DNA of 64,000 bases from an uncultured Phycisphaeraceae bacterium (GCA_964586145.1 CAZPHH010000002.1:38176-102175); one strand, 5' to 3'; counted from the first letter of the stretch, positions 1-9,560 are shown. Program-made: numbers and translations. Notes: generated by a model not told the origin, from the sequence alone.

Positions 1-765
1 CAGGGCCATGGGATCCTTGCGGAGGTCAATGCCCTCCTTCTTGCGGAACTCTTCCGCAACGAAGTGGATCAGCTCCTCGTCGTAGTCGTCGCCGCCGAGG
101 TGGCCGTCGCCGCTGGTGGCCTTCACCTCAAACGTGCCCACCTCCGGGTCGATCTCCAGAACGGAGATGTCGAAGGTGCCGCCGCCGAGGTCGAACACGG
201 CGATCCGCTCTTCCTTCTTCTTTTTGTCGAGGCCGTACGCAAGGGCGGCGGCCGTAGGCTCGTTGATGATTCGCTCGACCTTCAGCCCGGCGATCTCGCC
301 GGCGTCCTTCGTGGCCTTGCGCTGGGAGTCGTTGAAGTAGGCCGGCACGGTGATGACCGCACGCTCGACCTTCTCGCCGAGGTAGTCCTCGGCGGTCTTC
401 TTGAGGTCCTGGAGGATCATGGCGCTGATTTCCGGGGGCGTATATTCCTTGCCCCGGACGTTCACCTTCACCAGCTCGTCCGATCCGCCCACGACCTTGT
501 AGGCCACGAGCTTCTCCTCATGGCTGACCTCGTTGTGCCGCCGGCCCATGAATCGCTTGATCGAAAACACGGTGTTCTGCGGATTGGCGACCTGCTGGTG
601 CCTGGCGATCTGCCCCACCAGCCGCTCGCCGCTCTCGGTGAACCCCACCACGGACGGGGTCAGCCTGGCTCCGTTCGAGTTGGTCAGCACCTTGGGCTGC
701 CCGCCCTCGACGATGGCCACCACTGAGTTCGTGGTTCCCAGGTCAATCCCGATGATCTTCGACAT
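1..765 (-). CDS. dnaK: Chaperone DnaK (Hsp70), N-terminal 255 codons; the rest lies beyond the window start
   Basis: Absent from the ORF track because it runs off the edge. Manual reverse-strand translation from the ATG (rc of 763-765) gives [22 protein letters not shown]...[20 protein letters not shown]...[14 protein letters not shown], the classic Hsp70 ATPase-domain motifs. AGGAGG SD (rc of 773-778) lies 7 nt upstream. Confidence 0.95.
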   Translation of the reverse strand, partial: MSKIIGIDLGTTNSVVAIVEGGQPKVLTNSNGARLTPSVVGFTESGERLVGQIARHQQVANPQNTVFSIKRFMGRRHNEVSHEEKLVAYKVVGGSDELVKVNVRGKEYTPPEISAMILQDLKKTAEDYLGEKVERAVITVPAYFNDSQRKATKDAGEIAGLKVERIINEPTAAALAYGLDKKKKEERIAVFDLGGGTFDISVLEIDPEVGTFEVKATSGDGHLGGDDYDEELIHFVAEEFRKKEGIDLRKDPMAL

Positions 766-1066
766 TCGGACACCTCCTGTACGGGTCGGGCTTGCACCGG
801 CACCGGCCTGCAGCGCTGGCGCAGCGCCCCCCCGTCCCCTGACGTTGCACGCCCGATGCCAGACGTGCGAGGACGCTCTTTGGTGCATAACCCGTTGAAC
901 GAAAGGATGTTAGGAAATAATCCGATTGGATGCTCTCGCTTGCTACTGCCATCCTGACAGGGCGACCCCCTGCGATATTGGCACTCGGGACGCGGCCGTA
1001 ACTGGTTCTGCCGGGCGGGATTATCTGCTTTGGCCGACCCCGCGGGGCCGTTACACTTCCTTCACG

Positions 1067-1543
1067 ATGGATACGGAACCCTTCGATCTGGCTCAGGCCG
1101 ACGCATACCCGACGGTCACGCAGATTTCGGTCTTTCTGGTGGAGCGCGTCGGCGAGCTGCTCCGGCTGACCCGCACCCTGGACCCGAGCGATGTGCGTAT
1201 CGTCGGCCTGTCCATCGTCAACGCGGTGGATACGGCCATCGCGCGGATGATCGTGGATGACCCGGACGGCGCGGCCCAGACGCTGCGGGACGCCGGTTTC
1301 GCCATCAGCGAATCGGAGCTGCTGGTGGTTTCGCTTCCGCACGGCAAGCGGGCGCTGCTGGAGACGTGGTCCGCTCTGCTCAGCGGCGAGGTCAGCGTGT
1401 CCTACACGTACTCGCTACTGACTCAGCCGAAAGGCCGGCCGGCGCTGGCGGTCATGGCGGACAACATCCCGATGGCAGCGGCCAACCTATCCCGGCGGAA
1501 CTTCACGCTGCTGGATCAATCCGACCTGGCGGGTGGGTACTGA
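1067..1543 (+). CDS. Small ACT-domain (amino-acid-binding type) protein
   Basis: ORF 926..1543. I moved the start to the internal ATG at 1067 so that TVTQISVFLVERVGELLRLTRTL sits near the N-terminus, as in small tandem-ACT proteins. The start is uncertain; 926 remains possible. Confidence 0.6.
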   Translation: MDTEPFDLAQADAYPTVTQISVFLVERVGELLRLTRTLDPSDVRIVGLSIVNAVDTAIARMIVDDPDGAAQTLRDAGFAISESELLVVSLPHGKRALLETWSALLSGEVSVSYTYSLLTQPKGRPALAVMADNIPMAAANLSRRNFTLLDQSDLAGGY

Positions 1544-1641
1544 CGCGGTCGCCAGCCCAGCCCCGCCAATCTGGCAGGGCACGCACAACTTCACACGCCG
1601 GCAAGTTGTTTGCTCAACGGATGTTGCGCAACTCGGTGGAC

Positions 1642-1657
1642 TGGCACGAACCTTGCC
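1642..1657 (+). promoter_or_regulatory. Putative RpoN (sigma-54) -24/-12 promoter
   Basis: TGGCAC (1642-1647), 5-nt spacer gaacc, TTGC (1653-1656): exact consensus spacing. It lies 73 nt upstream of the ATG at 1730. Confidence 0.55.
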
Positions 1658-1729
1658 CGTATTGTTGCGTAGAGCCTTCTGCCGGAGAGGCTTCGTCAAG
1701 CTGAAGCGGTCACGGCCACGGAGAGTGCC

Positions 1730-2449
1730 ATGATGTTTGATCCTGTGTATTTCGTGGTCATTGCGCCCGCCCTGATCCTGGCGTTCTGGGCGCAGGCGAA
1801 GGTCAAGAGCGCCTATGCGCGGGCGGGGCGCATCCCGGTTTCCAGCGGGCTGAGCGGCGAGCGGGCGGCGCGGCGCATTCTCGACGCGAGCGGCCTGCAC
1901 GACGTGGAGATCGAGCCGGCCCGCGGATTCCTGAGCGACCACTACGACCCGCGTCATCGGGTGTTGCGTCTGAGCCCGGAGGTGTACCAGGGGCGGTCGC
2001 TGGCCTCCGTTGGCATCGCTGCGCACGAGGCCGGTCATGCGATTCAGCAGGCGGTGAGCTATGCGCCGCTGGCGCTGCGCAACGGGCTGGTGCCGCTGGC
2101 GTCCGTGGGGTCGCATCTGTCGTTCATTCTCTTCTTCATCGGTCTGGTCGTCTCGTACGGCAGCCAGGCCCCGGGCGGCATCGGCCACATCCTGATGATC
2201 AGCGGCCTTCTTCTTTTCGGCACCGTGGTGGTCTTCCAGGTCGTCAATCTGCCGGTTGAATTCAACGCGAGCCGCCGTGCCCTGGCGGCCCTGCATCAGA
2301 CGGGTGTGATCCGCGTCGAGGAGCAGGGCATGGTCCGCAAGGTGCTCAGCGCCGCGGCGCTGACGTACGTGGCCGCCACCCTGATGGCCGTTCTGCAGTT
2401 GTTGTACCTCGTGTTGCGCTCCGGCCTGCTGGGCGGTCGGCGTGGTTGA
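1730..2449 (+). CDS. Putative neutral zinc metallopeptidase, YugP-like membrane protein
   Basis: 239-aa ORF with an N-terminal TM segment, the HEAGHAIQ zinc motif and C-terminal TM segments, matching the Zn_peptidase_2 family architecture. Confidence 0.85.
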   Translation: MMFDPVYFVVIAPALILAFWAQAKVKSAYARAGRIPVSSGLSGERAARRILDASGLHDVEIEPARGFLSDHYDPRHRVLRLSPEVYQGRSLASVGIAAHEAGHAIQQAVSYAPLALRNGLVPLASVGSHLSFILFFIGLVVSYGSQAPGGIGHILMISGLLLFGTVVVFQVVNLPVEFNASRRALAALHQTGVIRVEEQGMVRKVLSAAALTYVAATLMAVLQLLYLVLRSGLLGGRRG

Positions 2450-2664
2450 CCGGCGAGTGAGCGCACTGACGGCGTTGCACGAGCGATGAGGGCGTTTCGT
2501 TGCCTCGCGTTCTGAATCTTCCATTTTGCCTCGCGGCGGCGGTGTGCGGGGAAGTTCGCGGGGATGCGAGAAACTCCACACTTGCATGGGCCGCTTTGTA
2601 ACCGGATCATAGAAGCAACGATTTGGAAACGACTCGACCGCAGCCGGTTGTGAATTCTCAGCGT

Positions 2665-2680
2665 TGGCACGAGCCTTGCA
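2665..2680 (+). promoter_or_regulatory. Putative RpoN (sigma-54) -24/-12 promoter of the hdr/flx cluster
   Basis: TGGCAC (2665-2670), 5-nt spacer gagcc, TTGCA (2676-2680). It lies 124 nt upstream of the hdrC ATG at 2804. Confidence 0.6.
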
Positions 2681-2803
2681 ACTCAGGCACGCTCCAAGCG
2701 TGTGCGCCGGGCGCTGTCGGCGGTCCCCCGTGGTTGCCGTGTCGACGCTCGGGCGGCGGAATGCGGCGCGCGCGGCGCGGGTTGGACCAAGGGAGCAAAC
2801 CAA

Positions 2804-3403
2804 ATGTCCGCTCCGGTGAAGCACGCGGACGGCGCCGTCGGGCTGGCGGACGCCGTCGAGGCGGCGACGGGTGAATCCGTCTTCAATTGCTACCAGTGCG
2901 GCAAGTGCATGGCGGGGTGCCCGCTGGCGGAGGAGATGGACCTTGCCCCGAACCAGGTCCTGCGCCTGCTGCAATTGGGTCAGCCGGGCATGGACGAGGA
3001 GGTGCTGGGCTCGCTGTCCATCTGGCTGTGCCTGACGTGCGAGCAATGCTCGACGCGGTGCCCGCAAGAGGTGGACATTCCGAAAATCACGGACTGGCTC
3101 CGGCAGGAATCGCAGCGCCGGGGCCTGGCGAACAAGAAGGCGAAGGCCATTCTGGCGTTTCACACGTCGTTCCTCGATACCATCCGCCGCGGCGGGCGGC
3201 TGCATGAGGTCGGGCTGATCACGACCTTCAAGCTCCGGACGTGGCGATTCTTCCAGGATGTTCTCGTCGCGCCGAAGCTCCTGGCCCGAGGCAAGCTGAG
3301 CATCCTTCCCCATCGAATCGAGGGCCATGCCGGCGTGAAGCGGATTTTTGACCGCTGCGCGACGGAGGCGGCGGACCCTGAGCACAAGGGGAACCAGCCA
3401 TGA
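2804..3403 (+). CDS. hdrC: Heterodisulfide reductase subunit C-like (2x[4Fe-4S])
   Basis: ORF 2702..3403 trimmed to ATG 2804 (GGGAG SD at 2791-2795). Carries motifs CYQCGKCMAGCP and CLTCEQCSTRCP. The stop overlaps the next start (ATGA). Confidence 0.85.
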   Translation: MSAPVKHADGAVGLADAVEAATGESVFNCYQCGKCMAGCPLAEEMDLAPNQVLRLLQLGQPGMDEEVLGSLSIWLCLTCEQCSTRCPQEVDIPKITDWLRQESQRRGLANKKAKAILAFHTSFLDTIRRGGRLHEVGLITTFKLRTWRFFQDVLVAPKLLARGKLSILPHRIEGHAGVKRIFDRCATEAADPEHKGNQP

Positions 3404-4305
3404 GAATCGGATTCTTCCCCGGCTGCTCGCTGGAAGGCTCTTCGAGAGAATACCTGGAATCCATCCGGGAAGTGGCGGCGGTGCTCGGGATCGAGCTGGC
3501 GGAAATCCCGGACTGGAACTGCTGCGGCGCGACGGCCGCCCATACGTTGAATCATCGGCTGGCCCTTGCGCTGCCCGCGCGGACGCTGGCACTGGCCGAA
3601 CAGGCCGGCCTAGACGAAGTGGTCGTTCCGTGCTCGGCCTGCTACAACCGGCTGGCCGGGACGCGTCACGAGCTTCTGCACGATGAGGCGCTGCGACAGC
3701 AGATCACCGACATCATCGAGATGAATTGGCACGGGGCCACGCGGGTGCTGAACGTGCTGGAGTGGTTGAATCGGGTGGTCGGCGAACTGCCGGGCCACGT
3801 ATCGGCCCCGTTCGGCCATCGCGTGGCGTGTTATTACGGCTGCTACCTTACCCGGCCGAAGGCCCTGGCCGCGTGCCGGCGCATCGAGGACCCCACCGAG
3901 ATGGACGACCTGGTCCGGGCGGTCGGGGCGGAGCCCATCCGCTGGGCGTACAAGGTGGAGTGCTGCGGGGCCGGGCTGTCGGTCTCGCGCACGGAGAGCG
4001 TTGCGCGGCTTTCGGAGCGCATCGTGTCCGACGCGGTGGAGCGCGGGGCGGAGGCGATCGTCGTGGCCTGCCCGATGTGCCACACGAACCTGGATTTGCG
4101 GCGGGACGCCATCCTTGCGGCCGCGCCGCCGGGTGGCCGGAGCCGAATTGCGGGGATACCAGTGCTGTACGTCACCCAGGTCGTCGGGCTGGCGATGGGC
4201 GTTTCGCTGCGTCCGTTGGGCCTGCACCGGCATCACGTTCCCGTGCGGCTGTCGGCCGCGCCGCCGTCCGTGGCGCCGGCGGCCGCGGGCGAGGGGGAGG
4301 AATAG
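3400..4305 (+). CDS. hdrB: Heterodisulfide reductase subunit B-like (two CCG domains)
   Basis: 301 aa with two CCG-domain signatures: DWNCCGAT...VPCSACY and KVECCGAG...VACPMCH. Confidence 0.9.
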   Translation: MRIGFFPGCSLEGSSREYLESIREVAAVLGIELAEIPDWNCCGATAAHTLNHRLALALPARTLALAEQAGLDEVVVPCSACYNRLAGTRHELLHDEALRQQITDIIEMNWHGATRVLNVLEWLNRVVGELPGHVSAPFGHRVACYYGCYLTRPKALAACRRIEDPTEMDDLVRAVGAEPIRWAYKVECCGAGLSVSRTESVARLSERIVSDAVERGAEAIVVACPMCHTNLDLRRDAILAAAPPGGRSRIAGIPVLYVTQVVGLAMGVSLRPLGLHRHHVPVRLSAAPPSVAPAAAGEGEE

Positions 4306-4307
4306 CC

Positions 4308-6299
4308 ATGCCGCGCATCGGTGTCTTCATCTGTCACTGCGGTGAGAACATCGGGGCCACGGTGGACTGCGAGGTGGTTGCGCAGGCCGCCGGTCGCCTG
4401 CCGGGCGTGGCTCACGCGGTCGACTACAAGTACATGTGCTCGGACCCGGGTCAGAGCCTCATCAAGGAAGCGATCCGCGAGAAGCGGCTGACCGGCGTGG
4501 TGGTCGGGGCGTGCTCGCCGCGGATGCACGAGCCGACGTTCCGCCGCGCGTGTGCGGAGGCCGGGCTGAATCCGTTCTTGTGCGAGATGGCGAACCTGCG
4601 CGAGCATTGCTCGTGGGTGCACGAAAAGGGCGAGGTCACGACGCAGAAGGCGATCGACCTGGTGCGGATGCTCGTGGAAAAGGTGAAGCGGAACCGGCCG
4701 CTCACGCCGATCCGGGTGCCGATCACCAAGCGAGCACTGGTGCTGGGCGGCGGGATCGCGGGCATCCAGGCGGCCCTGGACATCGCGAACGCGGGGCACA
4801 AGGTGGTGCTGGTCGAGCGTGACCCGTCGATCGGCGGGCACATGGCCCAGCTTTCCGAGACGTTCCCCACGCTGGACTGTTCGCAGTGCATCCTCACGCC
4901 GCGCATGGTGGAGGTGGCCCAGCATCCGGACATCACGCTGTACACGTACAGCGAACTGGAGTCGCTGGACGGCTTCATCGGGAACTTCCGCGCCACCATC
5001 CGCAAGAAGGCTCGCAGCGTGGACGAGTCGCTGTGCACGGGCTGCGGGGCCTGCATCCAGAAGTGCGCCCAGAAGAAAATCCCCAGCGAGTTCAACGCGG
5101 GGCTCGGCCGGCGGACGGCCATTTACGTTCCGTTCCCCCAGGCCGTCCCGAACAAACCGGTCATCGATCGGGCGCGGTGTACGTACTACAAATCCGGCCG
5201 GTGCAAGCTGTGTGAGAAGGTGTGCCCGACGAAGGCGATTCGGTTTGACCAGGAAGACGAGCTTGTGACGATCGACGTGGGGGCCGTTGTGGTCGCCACG
5301 GGATACGACGTGAAGGCGACCTCCTTTTTCCCGGAGTACGGCTACGGCGAGTACAAGGACGTCATCACCGGGCTGCAGTTTGAGCGGCTCGCCTCGGCCT
5401 CCGGCCCCACGCTCGGCGAGATCCGCCGGCCGTCGGACAACGAGGTGCCGAAGAAGATCGTGTTCATTGCCTGCGCCGGCTCACGCGATCCCGCCAAGGG
5501 CATCCACTACTGCTCGAAAATCTGCTGCATGTACACCGCCAAGCACGCGATGTTGTACAGCCACAAGGTCCACGATGGCGAGGCGTACGTGTTCTACATG
5601 GACATCCGGGCCGGCGGGAAGATGTACGAGGAATTCGTCCGGCGGGCGGTTGAAGAGGACCACGTCCGGTATGTCCGCGGCCGTGTGTCGCGCATCTATC
5701 CGAAAAACGGCAAGCTGATCGTCAAGGGCGTGGACACGCTGCTCAACAGCCGGCCGGTGGAGGTGGAGGCGGACCTGGTCGTCCTGGCCACCGCCATGAC
5801 GGCCCAGCCCGACGCGGAGGATCTCGCCCAGAAACTGAAGGTCAGCTACGACGGCGACAAGTTCCTCAACGAGGCGCATCCGAAGCTTCGGCCGGTGGAG
5901 ATGAACACCGCCGGCATTTTTGTGGCCGGTGCGTGCCAGGCCCCGAAGGACATCCCGGAGACCGTGGCCCAGGCGTCCGGTGCCGCGAGCAAGGTGGCGG
6001 GCATGTTCAGCCGTGACGAGTTGTCGCGGGAGCCGGTGGTTGCGGTGGTCAACCGGCAGCCGCCGCCGGTCTGGTCGACGTGCGTCGGCTGTTTTCTGTG
6101 CGAGACGGCGTGCGCGTACCAGGCGATCGAGCGAGAGGAAATCCGCGGGCGAGACGGCGGCCTGATCCGGACGATCGCGAAGGTGAACGAGAGCGTGTGT
6201 CAGGGCTGCGGCACGTGCGTGGCCCTGTGCCGGTCGAAATCCATCGACCTGCAGGGCTACACGAACGAACAGGTATACGCCGAGCTGCTGGCGTTGTGA
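4308..6299 (+). CDS. hdrA: Heterodisulfide reductase subunit A-like flavoprotein
   Basis: ORF 3726..6299 trimmed to ATG 4308 (GGGGAGG SD). N-terminus MPRIGVFICHCGENI, FAD fold LVLGGGIAGIQAALD, and ferredoxin motifs CTGCGACIQKC, CKLCEKVCP, CVGCFLCETAC and CQGCGTCVALC. Confidence 0.9.
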   Translation: MPRIGVFICHCGENIGATVDCEVVAQAAGRLPGVAHAVDYKYMCSDPGQSLIKEAIREKRLTGVVVGACSPRMHEPTFRRACAEAGLNPFLCEMANLREHCSWVHEKGEVTTQKAIDLVRMLVEKVKRNRPLTPIRVPITKRALVLGGGIAGIQAALDIANAGHKVVLVERDPSIGGHMAQLSETFPTLDCSQCILTPRMVEVAQHPDITLYTYSELESLDGFIGNFRATIRKKARSVDESLCTGCGACIQKCAQKKIPSEFNAGLGRRTAIYVPFPQAVPNKPVIDRARCTYYKSGRCKLCEKVCPTKAIRFDQEDELVTIDVGAVVVATGYDVKATSFFPEYGYGEYKDVITGLQFERLASASGPTLGEIRRPSDNEVPKKIVFIACAGSRDPAKGIHYCSKICCMYTAKHAMLYSHKVHDGEAYVFYMDIRAGGKMYEEFVRRAVEEDHVRYVRGRVSRIYPKNGKLIVKGVDTLLNSRPVEVEADLVVLATAMTAQPDAEDLAQKLKVSYDGDKFLNEAHPKLRPVEMNTAGIFVAGACQAPKDIPETVAQASGAASKVAGMFSRDELSREPVVAVVNRQPPPVWSTCVGCFLCETACAYQAIEREEIRGRDGGLIRTIAKVNESVCQGCGTCVALCRSKSIDLQGYTNEQVYAELLAL

Positions 6300-6374
6300 G
6301 GTGGTTGAAGCGTATGCCGTCCGCGGCGTTTGCGGGCCTTGCGGGCGGTGGGGGTTTTCTTCAGGAGCGGCGAC

Positions 6375-6827
6375 GTGGCGGAGTTTGAGCCGAAGATCAT
6401 TGCGTTCGTCTGCAACTGGTGTACGTACGCCGGGGCGGACCTGACCGGGACCAGCCGCATCCATTACGCGCCGAACGTGCGCGTGGTTCGCCTGCCCTGC
6501 ACCGGCCGGATCGACTTCATGCTGATTCTGCAGGCGTTCGGGCAGGGGGCCGACGGCGTAATTGTCTCGGGCTGCCATCCGGGCGACTGTCACTATACGG
6601 CGGGGAACTTCCACGCGCGGCGGCGCTGGATGCTGTTTCGGCGGCTGCTGGATTTTGTCGGCATCGACGTGCGGCGCGTGACGTTTTCGTGGGTCTCCGC
6701 CGCGGAAGGCGCCAAGTGGGCCGAGTTGGTGAACTCGGTTGTGGCGGATGTCCGCACGCTGGGGCCGTACGAGGAGTTCCCGCAGCGGCTGGGCGGGCCG
6801 GGGCAAAAACCCCTCGAGGTGGCATAG
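6375..6827 (+). CDS. MvhD/FlpD-family protein (FlxD-like)
   Basis: ORF 6330..6827; the likely start is GTG 6375 (AGGAG SD at 6363-6367). EPKIIAFVCNWCTYAGADLTG...LPCTGR...GCHPGDCHY matches methyl-viologen-reducing hydrogenase delta-subunit-type proteins. Confidence 0.85.
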   Translation: MAEFEPKIIAFVCNWCTYAGADLTGTSRIHYAPNVRVVRLPCTGRIDFMLILQAFGQGADGVIVSGCHPGDCHYTAGNFHARRRWMLFRRLLDFVGIDVRRVTFSWVSAAEGAKWAELVNSVVADVRTLGPYEEFPQRLGGPGQKPLEVA

Positions 6828-7631
6828 ATGGAGTTGCTACGAGACAAGGCGAAGTCGCTGCTGACGGGCGGGGCCGTGCAGGTCGTCATCGGGTACGCCG
6901 CCGGCTCCGCGACCGATCGGTTCCGGCCGCACTTCGCGCGATCGGCCGACGACGCCGATCGGCTGATCTTCGGCGAAGGATGCCGGCAGAACCTGGCCGT
7001 CTACCTGCTGAAGCCCGAGGTGCGTGCCATGGGCAAGGCTGCGGTCGTGGGCGGGCCGACCACGTTGCGGACGCTGCTGCAGTATGCCGTGGAAAACCAG
7101 ATTGCCGACGGATTGGTCGTTGCGCTGGCGCTTGAGGACGGGCGGGTAGAGGAGTTGACGAGCTTCGCCGCCGTCGAGGAGTACCTGGCCCAGCGGCCGC
7201 ACGGGCTTTCCGACGGGGATCGCGCGGAGCTGGAACAACACGCGGCGCGATCGCAGAAAGACCGCTGGGCATATTGGTCGGCCGAGTTGGCGCGGTGCAT
7301 CCGTTGCTATGCGTGCCGCGCGGCGTGTCCGCTGTGCTATTGCGAGCAGTGTATCACGGAGAACAACCAGCCGCAGTGGGTCCCGGTTGCGTCGGACGCC
7401 TTCGGCAACCTGGAATGGAACGTGGTGCGGGCGATGCACCTGGCCGGCCGATGCGTGAACTGCGGGTCGTGCGCGGCGGCGTGTCCGGAGAACATCCGGA
7501 TCGACCTGCTGAACCAGGTGCTGGCGCAAGAGGCGATGACGCAATTCGGCGCCGAGGCGGGCTACAGCGTCCGCAAAGAGTATGCATTGTCCGTATTCAA
7601 GCCCGACGACAAGGAAACCTTCATCCGGTGA
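6828..7631 (+). CDS. 4Fe-4S dicluster protein (FlxC-like by position)
   Basis: 267 aa. The C-terminal half carries CIRCYACRAACPLCYC and CVNCGSCAAACP. The start abuts the previous stop (TAGATG). The FlxC label rests on gene order only. Confidence 0.6.
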   Translation: MELLRDKAKSLLTGGAVQVVIGYAAGSATDRFRPHFARSADDADRLIFGEGCRQNLAVYLLKPEVRAMGKAAVVGGPTTLRTLLQYAVENQIADGLVVALALEDGRVEELTSFAAVEEYLAQRPHGLSDGDRAELEQHAARSQKDRWAYWSAELARCIRCYACRAACPLCYCEQCITENNQPQWVPVASDAFGNLEWNVVRAMHLAGRCVNCGSCAAACPENIRIDLLNQVLAQEAMTQFGAEAGYSVRKEYALSVFKPDDKETFIR

Positions 7632-7635
7632 GGCC

Positions 7636-8661
7636 ATGAGCGAATCGAGTATCCTGCAGAGAGCTTCGCTGGGCGCCTGGCTTGAGGCGATGGGCCGGGC
7701 CGGGCAGCGCGTGCTGGCGCCGGTTCGCGAGGCGGACCGCGTGGTTTTTGCCACGCCCTCGGCGCCGGACCAGATCGCCACGGGGTTCGTGCAGACGCCC
7801 GCGTCCGCCAAGGCGGTTGTGTTTCCCCCGTACGACGAGATGCTGCGATTCCGCGCCAACGGGGAAGACGTACACGTCGAGGAGCCGTCGATCGCGGCGG
7901 AGCCGACGGTGCTGTTCGGCGTCCGGCCATGCGACGCGGCGAGCTTCGCGACCCTTCGGGCCGTGTTCACCTGGGATTCGCCGGATGCGTGGTTTGAAGC
8001 CCGGATGGCGAGTCTGACCGTTATCTCGGTGAGTTGTACGCAGTGCGACGAGTATTGTTTTTGCACGTCGGTGGGCGGCGGGCCCGGCTCGACGCAGGGC
8101 AGCGACATCCTCCTGACGCCGCTGGACGATCGGCGGTGGCTGGCGGAAGTGCTGACCGAGAAGGGGCAGGCGGCGGCCGCGCTGGCGCCGCAGTTGTTTG
8201 CGCCGGCGAACGGCGAGGCGGCCAACAAGGAGAAGGTGCTGGCGCACGTGCCCGTTCGGTTTGAAGCGAAAGAGTTCGCGCAATGGCTGCCGTCCCTGTT
8301 TGACCGCACGGACGTCTGGAAAGAGCAATCGCTTCGCTGCCTGGGCTGTGGGGCGTGCGCGTTTGTGTGCCCGACGTGTTCCTGCTTTGACATCCAGGAT
8401 GAACGCGTGCGGGACCAGGGCACGCGGCTGCGATGCTGGGACTCCTGCGGCTTCCGGCTGTTCACGCTGCACGCCTCCGGCCACAACCCGCGGCACGTGC
8501 AGAGCGAGCGGTGGCGGCAGCGGGTGATGCACAAGTTCTCGTACCAGCCCGAACGGCTGGGCGTGACGGGCTGCGTGGGCTGCGGGCGATGCTCGCGGGC
8601 CTGCCCGGTGGACATGAACCTCGGCGAGCACGTCCGGATGCTGTCGGAGATGAGCGTATGA
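7636..8661 (+). CDS. Fe-S subunit, AsrA / sulfhydrogenase-beta-like (FlxB-like)
   Basis: ORF 7582..8661 trimmed to ATG 7636. Carries CTQCDEYCFC, CLGCGACAFVCPTCSC and CVGCGRCSRACP clusters. Confidence 0.65.
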   Translation: MSESSILQRASLGAWLEAMGRAGQRVLAPVREADRVVFATPSAPDQIATGFVQTPASAKAVVFPPYDEMLRFRANGEDVHVEEPSIAAEPTVLFGVRPCDAASFATLRAVFTWDSPDAWFEARMASLTVISVSCTQCDEYCFCTSVGGGPGSTQGSDILLTPLDDRRWLAEVLTEKGQAAAALAPQLFAPANGEAANKEKVLAHVPVRFEAKEFAQWLPSLFDRTDVWKEQSLRCLGCGACAFVCPTCSCFDIQDERVRDQGTRLRCWDSCGFRLFTLHASGHNPRHVQSERWRQRVMHKFSYQPERLGVTGCVGCGRCSRACPVDMNLGEHVRMLSEMSV

Positions 8662-9527
8662 CGACCTTTGCGACCGCGCCGTCCGCTTCGCAGCGGCGCA
8701 ATCTGTACACGCCCCACAAAATGCGGATCGTCAAGGCGACGGACGAAGCGCCGGCCGTCCGCACGTTTCAGCTCCAGTTCGTGGACGCGGAGGTGGCCGC
8801 CCGATTCTCGTTCCAGGCCGGGCAGTTCGGCGAGTACTCCGTCTACGGCGAGGGTGAGAGTACGTTCTGCATCGCCAGCTCGCCGACGCGCAAGGGCTAC
8901 ATTGAATGCACGTTCCGCCAGGCCGGCCGCGTGACCAGCGCCCTGGCGGATCGGCAGGAGGGCGACATCATCGGGTTCCGGGGCCCCTACGGGAACACCT
9001 TCCCCGTGGAGCACTGGGAAGGCAAGAAAATCCTGTTCATCGCCGGCGGCATCGCGCTGCCGCCCGTGCGCTGCGTGATCTGGAACGTGCTCGACCTGCG
9101 GGATCGGTATCAGGACGTCAGTATCATCTACGGCGCACGGACGGTGGCCGACCTGGTCTACAAGCACGAACTGGCGGACTGGGACCAGCGTTCCGACGTG
9201 AACCTGTGGGTGACCGTCGATCCCGGCGGACAGACGCCCGAGTGGACGGGCAAGGTGGGTTTCGTGCCGGCCATCGTGGAGGAAGTGAAACCGCGGCCCG
9301 CCGACACGATCGCCGTGCTCTGCGGCCCGCCCATCATGATCAAGCTGACGCTGCCGGTGCTGGCGAAGCTGGGCTTTGCCCCGGAGCAAATCTACACGAC
9401 GCTGGAGAACCGGATGAAGTGCGGCGTGGGCAAGTGCGGCCGGTGCAACGTCGGCAAGCTGTTCGTCTGCAAGGACGGCCCCGTGTTCACGCTGGCTCAA
9501 CTCAACGAGCTTCCGCCAGAATACTGA
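8658..9527 (+). CDS. FAD/NAD(P)-binding oxidoreductase with C-terminal 2Fe-2S (AsrB/HydG/FlxA-like)
   Basis: ORF 8433..9527 trimmed to ATG 8658 (ATGA overlap with the upstream stop). Ferredoxin-reductase fold motifs (GPYGN, ILFIAGGIALPP) and C-terminal CGVGKCGRCNV. Confidence 0.75.
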   Translation: MTTFATAPSASQRRNLYTPHKMRIVKATDEAPAVRTFQLQFVDAEVAARFSFQAGQFGEYSVYGEGESTFCIASSPTRKGYIECTFRQAGRVTSALADRQEGDIIGFRGPYGNTFPVEHWEGKKILFIAGGIALPPVRCVIWNVLDLRDRYQDVSIIYGARTVADLVYKHELADWDQRSDVNLWVTVDPGGQTPEWTGKVGFVPAIVEEVKPRPADTIAVLCGPPIMIKLTLPVLAKLGFAPEQIYTTLENRMKCGVGKCGRCNVGKLFVCKDGPVFTLAQLNELPPEY

Positions 9528-9560
9528 GCCGTCGCATCGCTTGCCCGCTTGGGCGGCGGC

